DNA from: Candidatus Thermosaccharophagus tengchongensis
GTDB lineage: Bacteria > Armatimonadota > Fervidibacteria > Fervidibacterales > Thermosaccharophagaceae
Direction: 5' to 3' (one strand)
NCBI GenBank assembly: GCA_032161105.1
Contig: JAVHTD010000002.1
DNA: 64,000 bases
The translations under genes were made by a program, and so were the position numbers. Below are positions 48,763-56,624 of this stretch, piece by piece. The notes under the pieces are model-generated. The model had not been told where the DNA came from. It was given only the letters and a program-made list of their open reading frames with translations, and made no database searches. The stretch's first letter is position 1; every line of letters begins with the position of its first letter.

Positions 48763-51186
48763 TCAATCGCTACTGCCATTTGGAGCGGTTGCTTCGGCTG
48801 GAGCAAACTCAGCTTCAACTCTTTCCATTACCCAACTTCGCTTGCTGTATGCGACTGCTCCGGCAAGGAGCGCAAAGGCTATAAGCACAACTATTGCCCT
48901 GACGATGGGTGATATCTCATGTGCGAATATAGGGGCTATCAAAATGCCCACAAGGTTCATCACTTTGATCAACGGGTTGAGTGCGGGTCCGGCTGTGTCT
49001 TTGAATGGATCTCCGACTGTGTCCCCAATCACCGCTGACTTGTGGAACTCAGTCCCCTTCCCACCGAACAAGCCGGCTTCAATCTTCTTCTTTGCGTTGT
49101 CCCACGCACCACCTGCATTGGCCATGAGCACAGCAAGCAGCTGACCTGTGACAATCGCCCCACCGAGGAAGCCACCGAGTGCTGCTGCGCCGACTTTCGT
49201 CCCCATGAAGCTCAATGCGAATGCCGTAAGTATCGGTGAGCACACCGCAAGTATTCCGGGACCAAGCAACTCTCTTTGTGCAGCTGCTGTGCTTATCGCA
49301 ACGCACCTTCCATAGTCTGGCTTTTCCTTCCATTCCATTATCCCGGGTCTCTCCCTGAATTGCCTCCTCACTTCCTCAATCAGCTGGAAGGCTGCTCTGC
49401 TCACAGCTCTTATCGCGAACGAAGAGAACAGGAATGGGACTGCAGCTCCAATGAGCAACCCGATGAATACCTCTGGCTGGTCAATTGATATTCCGAGCAC
49501 ACGCCCAATGAAGCCGTGGCTTTCGCTTGCGGCGCTAACAAGCCCTGCTGCCTCTGTGAATGACCTGAAGAGAGACACAGCAGCTATGACTGCGGTCGCA
49601 ATCGCAAAGCCCTTTGTGAGCGCCTTCGTTGTGTTTCCGACTGCATCAAGCTTTGCCACCATCCTTGCGGCTCTCTCATTCCTCGTTGCTTCGTCCCTGA
49701 GTGCTCCCGACATCTCATAGATGCCGTGAGCGTTATCCGAGATTGGACCGTAGGTGTCCATTGCGAGTATGAAGCCAGTTGTTGCAAGCAGTCCCAAGCC
49801 AGTCAGCGAAATGCCGTAAGCCGACATGAGCACATCCCCAGCGAAGATGATGAGTGATGCGAATATGGTCATTGCTATTGCAACTATTGCCCAGACGGTT
49901 GATTCAAGTCCCGTGGCAAACCCTTCAAGGATGAGTGTTGCTGTTCCGGTCTTCGTTGAGTATGCAATCTCAGTGACGGGGCGGCGCTCAGTTGATGTGA
50001 AATACTCCGTCAGCCATCCGGTTATGACGGCGAGGACGATGCCCATCGTATTCGCTGCGAAGAAACGCCACCAACCTATTGGTTCGCCCGTGTTCACATT
50101 CACGATGTTACGCAGGTAAAGAAAGCTGACAAGCGCAAAACCAAATATGCTCAATGCTGCCGAGCTCCAGAAGCCGACATTGATTGGTTGCATCGGGTCC
50201 ATTTCCTCCTCATCCCTTCCCCTAACAAGCCATGTGCCTATGACCGAAGCTATGACGCCAACGGCTCGCACGAAGAAGGCATACATGATCAGCTTGAGCG
50301 CTCCGGCTTCACCAACAACGCTCAATGCGCCGTAGCCAAGGAGAATCGCTGCCACCAGTGTCACTTCATATGACTCAAACACATCCGCAGCCATACCGGC
50401 GCAATCGCCAACATTGTCACCGACATTGTCAGCTATTACCGCTGCATTCCTCGGGTCATCTTCCGGTATGCCCTTTTCAACCTTCCCGACAAGGTCAGCG
50501 CCGACATCTGCAGCTTTGGTGTATATTCCGCCGCCGACTCGCATGAACAGCGCAGCGAGACATCCGCCAAATCCAAATCCAACAAGCACCTTCATTGCGT
50601 TCTCTCGGAAGACGAGAAAGATGATGCACGCTCCGAGCAATCCCAATCCGACTGTGAACATTCCGGAGACTGTCCCAGCTTGGAAGGCTATCTCCAAAGC
50701 CTTCTTAAACGAACCGAGTGCAGCCATCGCAACCCTGTTATTGCCATTCACCGCTGCATACATTCCGACATAGCCAGCCGAGTAGGAAGCGAACACGCCC
50801 ATCAAGAATGCCAAGCCAATCCCGATGGCGATATATGGTCCGTAGTCCGGCAAAGGCATGTAAACGAGGATTAGCACTATCGTGATTCCGATCACGAACC
50901 ATATCATCGTGCGGAACTGTCGTCTCAGGTATGCAAACGCCCCCTCCTTAATGGCTTGATTGACTTGGCGCATTGCCGGTGTGCCCGGGTCTTCTCTCAG
51001 CACTTTGCGTATCAAGTAGTAACCGTATGCGAGGGCACCGATAGCTGTTACGAGCACAAACAGCAGCACATGGATTTCGCTCTGTGAGAACGGTGGAAGC
51101 TTAATTTTTCCCTCTTGGGCGAGAGCGTTGGAAAGCGCCAACGGGAGTGCGCACATCACTGCATACATCCATCTGTGCCTGCGCAT
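48763..51186 (-). CDS. hppA: Membrane-bound H+-translocating pyrophosphatase, K+-independent type
   Basis: GGGIYTKAADVGADLVGKVE, DNVGDNVGD, GNTTKA (Lys at the K+-dependence position), GGAWDNAKK and GDTVGDPFKDTAGP. AAGGAG RBS before ATG 51186. Confidence 0.95.
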   Translation of the reverse strand: MRRHRWMYAVMCALPLALSNALAQEGKIKLPPFSQSEIHVLLFVLVTAIGALAYGYYLIRKVLREDPGTPAMRQVNQAIKEGAFAYLRRQFRTMIWFVIGITIVLILVYMPLPDYGPYIAIGIGLAFLMGVFASYSAGYVGMYAAVNGNNRVAMAALGSFKKALEIAFQAGTVSGMFTVGLGLLGACIIFLVFRENAMKVLVGFGFGGCLAALFMRVGGGIYTKAADVGADLVGKVEKGIPEDDPRNAAVIADNVGDNVGDCAGMAADVFESYEVTLVAAILLGYGALSVVGEAGALKLIMYAFFVRAVGVIASVIGTWLVRGRDEEEMDPMQPINVGFWSSAALSIFGFALVSFLYLRNIVNVNTGEPIGWWRFFAANTMGIVLAVITGWLTEYFTSTERRPVTEIAYSTKTGTATLILEGFATGLESTVWAIVAIAMTIFASLIIFAGDVLMSAYGISLTGLGLLATTGFILAMDTYGPISDNAHGIYEMSGALRDEATRNERAARMVAKLDAVGNTTKALTKGFAIATAVIAAVSLFRSFTEAAGLVSAASESHGFIGRVLGISIDQPEVFIGLLIGAAVPFLFSSFAIRAVSRAAFQLIEEVRRQFRERPGIMEWKEKPDYGRCVAISTAAAQRELLGPGILAVCSPILTAFALSFMGTKVGAAALGGFLGGAIVTGQLLAVLMANAGGAWDNAKKKIEAGLFGGKGTEFHKSAVIGDTVGDPFKDTAGPALNPLIKVMNLVGILIAPIFAHEISPIVRAIVVLIAFALLAGAVAYSKRSWVMERVEAEFAPAEATAPNGSSD

Positions 51187-51484
51187 ATCCTTCACTCCTT
51201 TTGGCTCATGGTGGGCAATCTATGGCATGCTTTTGGACTCACAAAACAAGCCGCCCTTGATCGCGGCTTCAAACTGCGTCAAGTTATTCGGTAATTATAG
51301 CGCACCTAATTCACCCTCTTGTGAGAACCGAATGCGAATGGAAGCGCAGTTAAACAGCCAACATAACCATTGCAGGCAGCAGCATGATTACTCATGCTAT
51401 TTATCTCTTTGCGTTGAACGGTGCCCGTTAGGTTGATGTGAAAAGGGAGTGGGGCAAGCCATCGCTTTAAGGCAAAAAGAGTTG

Positions 51485-51557
51485 TGGCCCCACCGGGATT
51501 TGAACCCGGGTTTCGGGACTGAGAATCCCGCGTCCTCGGCCGCTAGACGATGGGGCC
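51485..51557 (-). tRNA. tRNA-Glu(CTC)
   Basis: GGCCCCATCGTCTAG...CGGGA-TTCTCAG-TCCCG...GTTCAAATCC...GGGGCCA. Confidence 0.96.
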
Positions 51558-51740
51558 ACAAGCACAATCATCGTTTTCATTTTGTATCAACCATGCGCGA
51601 TTGTAAAGTGTGCGGCGCGCGTCTCGCGGCGCTACACTGTGGGTGAACGGCGTGCTTTGTAGGATGCGCATGGGCTTTGGCGTTGTGCACCATGTCTGCA
51701 GCGCCGAAGCTAAAGGCTCACTTGTGGGGGTGTGACGGGG

Positions 51741-52820
51741 ATGCTGTATAAGGAGGATTGGGAAAAGGCACTGGAGCGTTGGGAGGCGTTCTGGCAAAGG
51801 GAAATCGTTGACCGACCTGTGATCTGTGTAACAGCTCCTCGCGAGAAGCCGCTGCCGCACAAACCCGTAAGAGCAGCGCATTCAATTGAACAGCGCTGGC
51901 TTGACATCTCGCTTCGTATTGAGATGGCTGAGGCGGAGTTTGCGTGCACATTCTATGGCGGTGAGGCATTTCCGAACTTCTGGTGCAACTTGGGTCCGGG
52001 ATACATGGCGACATTCATCGGGGCTGTGCCGAGGTTCACCGAAACAACGGTGTGGTTTGAAACGCCGATGGATTGGGACAGAGTTATGGAGTGCTTGCAC
52101 TATGATGAGCAAAACAAGTGGTGGCAGTTTGTGAGAAGCCTCACAGAGGAAGCAGCAAAGCACTTCCAAGGTAAAGCCTTCGTTGGCATGACCGACCTGG
52201 GTGGCGTCACCGACATACTTGCTTCGTTAAGGGGCACGCTCAACTTGCTTGAGGACTTTGTTATGGAACCGACGAAGGTGAGGAGGGCTTCAGAGCGCAT
52301 CACTCATCTTTGGTTTCGCTACTACGGTGAATTGGACGAACTGCTGCAAAGGTATATGTATGGGCGAAGTGCTTGGATGGGGCTTTGGTGCAGTGACACT
52401 TGGTATCCAATACAATGCGACTTCTCTTACATGATCTCGCCGAGGCAGTTTGAGGAACTTGTCTTGCCGTTTCTTGGAGAACAGTGCCGTTGGCTTGATC
52501 ACTCGGTTTACCACTGGGACGGTATTGGGCAGCTTGTGCACCTTGACCTGCTTCTGTCAATCCCTGAGCTGGATGCAATTCAATGGACTCCGGGAGCCGG
52601 AAAGCCGCCTGTGGATGACCCACAATGGTTTCCATACTACAAGCGCATACAGGACGCTGGGAAGGGAGTCGTGTTGCTCGGAGTTGCGCCGCAGAATGTT
52701 GAGAGAGTGTTAAGCGAGTTATCACCGAGGGGCTTGATGCTTAGCGTGCATTGCTCATCGGAGCAGGAAGCGAAAGATCTACTCAAGCTCGCCGAGAAGC
52801 TATGCGCAGCATCTCATTGA
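51741..52820 (+). CDS. Uroporphyrinogen decarboxylase / MtaA-CmuA methyltransferase superfamily protein
   Basis: DILASLRG, QCDFSYMISPRQFEELVLP, YHWDG and IQWTPG, typical of URO-D-like TIM barrels. Confidence 0.7.
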   Translation: MLYKEDWEKALERWEAFWQREIVDRPVICVTAPREKPLPHKPVRAAHSIEQRWLDISLRIEMAEAEFACTFYGGEAFPNFWCNLGPGYMATFIGAVPRFTETTVWFETPMDWDRVMECLHYDEQNKWWQFVRSLTEEAAKHFQGKAFVGMTDLGGVTDILASLRGTLNLLEDFVMEPTKVRRASERITHLWFRYYGELDELLQRYMYGRSAWMGLWCSDTWYPIQCDFSYMISPRQFEELVLPFLGEQCRWLDHSVYHWDGIGQLVHLDLLLSIPELDAIQWTPGAGKPPVDDPQWFPYYKRIQDAGKGVVLLGVAPQNVERVLSELSPRGLMLSVHCSSEQEAKDLLKLAEKLCAASH

Positions 52821-52943
52821 TGCTTTGGATAGTTCGTCAGGCGTGAGCGCGGTGATGGCAGGCGGTGCATTGCGCATGGTCATCTTGAGTTTGAGTTTCG
52901 CTCAATCGCTATGCGTATGGCTTCCCCTCACGGTGAAGTTGGG

Positions 52944-53393
52944 ATGCGCTGCATATACACAGTTGGGCACAGCACTCGCACACCTGAGGAGATGAAGCAT
53001 CTCCTTAAGACATACGGTATAGAGGTCGTTGTTGATGTGCGCCGTTTCCCAAAGAGCACCAAGTTCCCCCACTTCAATCGTGAGACAATTGAGGTGTGGC
53101 TGAGCGAGGCAGGCATCAAATATGTTTGGCTTGGGGGCAAGCTCGGCGGCTATAGGAAGGGCGGTTATGAAGCGTATATGAACACGCCGGACTTTGAGAG
53201 TGGCATACAGGAGTTGGAGCATATTGCCGAGGCGAATTCCAGCGCTGTAATGTGCGCTGAGCGTTTTCCTTGGAAGTGTCACCGAAGGTTTATAGGAGCG
53301 GCACTTCAAAATCGCGGTTGGAAAGTCATCCACATCATTGATGAAACTCGCGTCTGGGTCCCTCAAGGTGACAAAAGCCCTCATTCGCTTTGA
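52944..53393 (+). CDS. DUF488 family protein
   Basis: IYTVGHSTR, VDVRRFP, LGG and MCAE..WKCHR. Confidence 0.88.
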   Translation: MRCIYTVGHSTRTPEEMKHLLKTYGIEVVVDVRRFPKSTKFPHFNRETIEVWLSEAGIKYVWLGGKLGGYRKGGYEAYMNTPDFESGIQELEHIAEANSSAVMCAERFPWKCHRRFIGAALQNRGWKVIHIIDETRVWVPQGDKSPHSL

Positions 53394-53578
53394 TCCGATT
53401 CGCGCCCCTCCTTCTCCGCTCTCTCTTGCTTTGGTGGCTCCTCATCTTCACGCACAGCGCGTTTGAACTCCCTTATGCCTTTGCCGAGAGCGCCCATAAG
53501 CTGGGGTAGGCGTGACGCGCCGAACAGCAGCACAATAGCGCCAGCAATGAGCAGCGCTTCCGTCACTCCGATTGACAT
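53381..53578 (-). CDS. tatA: Twin-arginine translocase subunit TatA
   Basis: One TM helix then LLFGASRLPQL...GKGIREFK. GAGGG RBS. Confidence 0.92.
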   Translation of the reverse strand: MSIGVTEALLIAGAIVLLFGASRLPQLMGALGKGIREFKRAVREDEEPPKQERAEKEGRESDQSE

Positions 53579-53705
53579 CGTCCCTCACCTCTGCATTACA
53601 TTGGATGTTTTTCGCCATCCGACCTCCCAAATCAACGGAGCATTAGCACCATATCCATTCAAGTCCCTCATGGGTTCAAGGCCAGTGCCGCAAACATGAC
53701 CCAAG

Positions 53706-54980
53706 TCAGTTATCCATCACCCTACCTTTGATATCCCTGTATGCGCAGACTTTGTTTCGCCCAGTTTGCTTAGCCACATACAGAGCCTTATCGGCGGCTT
53801 CAATCAACCCCACCGAATCTTGAGCATCCTCTGGGAAGGTTGCAACACCGGCACTTATTGTGATGTGCAACTTTTCTCCCTCACGCGATTCAAAGGCAGT
53901 CTGCTCAACTGCTCTGCGGATGCGCTCTGCAAGCGCGAGCGCTCCGTTTAAATCCGTGTATGCGCAAATGATCAAGAATTCCTCCCCACCATACCTTCCC
54001 ACCAAATCGGACGCACGAGCTATATTGGTCAATAGCCTTGCCAACCCTTGGAGAACCCTATCGCCCGTCAGATGACCGTGTATATCGTTGAATCTTTTGA
54101 AGTGGTCTATGTCTAACATGACGGCGGAGAGTGGGTAGTTGTAGCGCTTTGCCCTCGCAAATTCAATCTCAAGATGCCTCTCAATGTGCCGCCTGTTTGC
54201 GATCCCAGTTAGGGCGTCCGTTAAGGAAAGCCTTTCCATCTGCTCATAAAGCCTTGCTCGCTCAAGTGCAATGGCAGCTTGCTGTGCAATCAGTTCAAGC
54301 GATCGCAGGTCGGACATAGTGAACCTGCGTTTGCTATCCTCAACTAAAAGGACACCCTGAACACCTTTCGTGGAAGTCAGCGGGACGCACATGAGCGATA
54401 GCGAAGTGGAATTGAATCTCCCCCCATTGGGTGGGGGTAGTATGAACGGCTTTCCAGTTAACGCTGCACGCGCAACTACTCCATCTTGGTCACTCATAAG
54501 CGAGTATCGTCTCTGGGGGCGTTTCTCACTGTGCGGATGTGAGGCGACTTCCTCAAGATGCTGTCCGTCATCTGAGACCATGAATACACGCCCCGTCTCT
54601 GCGCCGAACATTTGAATAACCTCATCAAGCAGTGTCTTTGCGACTCCGTCGGCATCCGGCGCTGCTGCGATTGATTTAAGCACCTCGGTGAGCCTTTGGA
54701 GTTGCACCATCAGTTCGTTCAGTTCCTTTATTTCTTGGCGCATGTTCACAATGGTTGTTCGCGCCTCAGCGACCTCACCTTGAAGGCGCTCCATGCGCCT
54801 CTCAACAACCTCGGTGCAGACCCACAGGAACAGAGCCACAGTCAATGCTATGGCAGTTGAGAGAGCGCCCATTATTAGTGCAAAGGCACCCTCACCGAAT
54901 GTGCCAACTGCGGCGCATATTGCGCATCCAAACAACACTATGGAGAGCACTTTTAATCGCTCGGATGAGATGCGTTCCAT
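53706..54980 (-). CDS. Membrane-anchored GAF-GGDEF diguanylate cyclase
   Basis: Two TM helices, coiled coil, GAF domain, DALTG, DIDHFKRFND, RASD I-site and RYGGEEF. Confidence 0.92.
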   Translation of the reverse strand: MERISSERLKVLSIVLFGCAICAAVGTFGEGAFALIMGALSTAIALTVALFLWVCTEVVERRMERLQGEVAEARTTIVNMRQEIKELNELMVQLQRLTEVLKSIAAAPDADGVAKTLLDEVIQMFGAETGRVFMVSDDGQHLEEVASHPHSEKRPQRRYSLMSDQDGVVARAALTGKPFILPPPNGGRFNSTSLSLMCVPLTSTKGVQGVLLVEDSKRRFTMSDLRSLELIAQQAAIALERARLYEQMERLSLTDALTGIANRRHIERHLEIEFARAKRYNYPLSAVMLDIDHFKRFNDIHGHLTGDRVLQGLARLLTNIARASDLVGRYGGEEFLIICAYTDLNGALALAERIRRAVEQTAFESREGEKLHITISAGVATFPEDAQDSVGLIEAADKALYVAKQTGRNKVCAYRDIKGRVMDN

Positions 54981-55165
54981 TCACTTCACCGTGAAGGCTC
55001 CAATTGATGAGTGATGCTGTCATAAAGTATGCCGCCATGCAGTGGCTTTTGCTTTGGCAATTGCCTCTGGCAGCCTATCCCCTAAGTTTGCAATCGTGCG
55101 GCGTGTGCGCAATAATAAAGTGTGAAGCCAACTGCAGCCTGCCAAAATTCAATCCCACCGCTCAT

Positions 55166-55250
55166 GCCGACGTGGCGGAAATGGCAGACGCGCTGGCCTC
55201 AGGAGCCAGTGGGCAAAAAGCCCGTGCGGGTTCGACTCCCGCCGTCGGCA
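55166..55250 (+). tRNA. tRNA-Leu(CAG)
   Basis: GCCGACGTGGCGGAAATGGCAGAC...CTGGC-CTCAGGA-GCCAG, long variable arm GGGCAAAAAGCCC, GTTCGACTCC...GTCGGCA. Confidence 0.97.
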
Positions 55251-55273
55251 TATTTTGTTTGCCACCGAGTCGC

Positions 55274-56044
55274 TCATTTCCGTTGCCCCTTGTAGCTGCG
55301 CTTAACTATCACTTCCCATTGGCGTTCGCCATGCAAGCGGGAGCAAATCACATAATGCCCATCATCCTCAAGCGCCTCTGGAAGCTGCTTTAATGAGCGC
55401 TCGCAGTCAAATACGATGCTCACCACTTGCCCGGGCTGCATGCGTTCAAGCTCCTCTTTCGCCCGTATGATGCTGAATGGCAATACCTCGCCCCTCAAAT
55501 CAATCTGCGCATCTGGATTTGCATTGGCAGCGGGCGCGCCGGCGTGGATGAATGCATCATCAACCACAACGATATCAAGTTCCGTGAAGCCATTCACATG
55601 TCCGTCTGCTACTTCTCCGGTGTATCGCCACGCCCGAGCTGCTGTCACTTCACCATTAGACACGCTCACGATCAGGTAAACCAAACTTTCCCATGCCGAT
55701 TTGGAATCAGTCAAGGACGGGATGGGCGGCACATTCGGATGCGAATGATAAACCCCGATCCAATCAGCGCCCTGTGCCTTTGCCCCAGTTATGGCTGTGA
55801 GTATCACATGTGGTTCAATCTCGTATCTGTCACTCTTTTGCCCTTTGTGGGCATTTCTTGCCGAGAACGCCTTTATAACTCCCCATGTGGTCTCATCAAT
55901 CTTTCTTCCGATGAGCAGCCCACAGCACTCATTTGGGTAGGTGAGAAGGGAGTGCACTTTGATTCTGGTATATGCTGACAGCGGCAGCAGCACCTGTCCT
56001 TTGCGCATTGCGCCATTCACAAATGCGCTCTTGGTGTCGTCCAT
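55274..56044 (-). CDS. JAB/MPN+ (M67) metalloprotease fused to a TusA/SirA-like domain
   Basis: ECCGLLIG plus a complete JAMM motif HSHPNVPPIPSLTD. C-terminal IDLRGEVLPFSIIRAKEELERMQPGQVV...WEVIVKR is TusA-like. Confidence 0.85.
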   Translation of the reverse strand: MDDTKSAFVNGAMRKGQVLLPLSAYTRIKVHSLLTYPNECCGLLIGRKIDETTWGVIKAFSARNAHKGQKSDRYEIEPHVILTAITGAKAQGADWIGVYHSHPNVPPIPSLTDSKSAWESLVYLIVSVSNGEVTAARAWRYTGEVADGHVNGFTELDIVVVDDAFIHAGAPAANANPDAQIDLRGEVLPFSIIRAKEELERMQPGQVVSIVFDCERSLKQLPEALEDDGHYVICSRLHGERQWEVIVKRSYKGQRK

Positions 56045-56283
56045 TCAAACACCCTCCTTAATGTGGTTTAACCCGCGCCGAGATGCTGCCCTGCTTATGC
56101 TCGCACTATCTGATGCGATGAGGATTAGCCAAAACTCATGCATGACACCCATCATCATGCTAAGCTTTGATTTGATGAATGTTCGCTACCTCAGTGTATC
56201 GCGCGGAGGGCAGCGAGGCGAAACCTTTTAAGCGTCTCGTCGTCTAATGACATTGGCACATTGTTGGTGGCTTTCAACCCGTG

Positions 56284-56313
56284 TTGACGGAGGGATAACT
56301 GTTCGGGTATAAT
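56284..56313 (+). promoter_or_regulatory. Sigma-70-type promoter upstream of the sigma factor gene
   Basis: TTGACG (56284-56289), 18-nt spacer, TATAAT (56308-56313). Confidence 0.7.
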
Positions 56314-56624
56314 TAGGAAGTGACCGTATGCCACTTCCGAGCGATGAACCATTCCAATTCAAAAGGCGAAGCTTGTCTCCCAAAGAGTGAAGTGTGGCGG
56401 TCGCTGCGTCTATAAGGCAGATGGCAGCGACGCTCGCAAATGCTGCGCTGTGTTACATGAGCCGCTCTTAAAGTGCCAATCTGAAGTTGAGGGGCAAAGA
56501 GGGGATTTGCCGTGTGAGACAAGGCGGTTTGTTGACTGCACAGAGCAAAATCACCTATCCAGTTGCAGTGAGCTGTGATGGCACTTAATGTTGCCTGTCT
56601 GATAGCCATTTGGAGGTGACGAAA

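Noticed and set aside
56579..56594. Sigma-54-like site TGGCAC-TTAATG-TTGC before the sigma gene
   Set aside because: Six rather than five intervening bases; the sequence is also explained as part of a leader helix.
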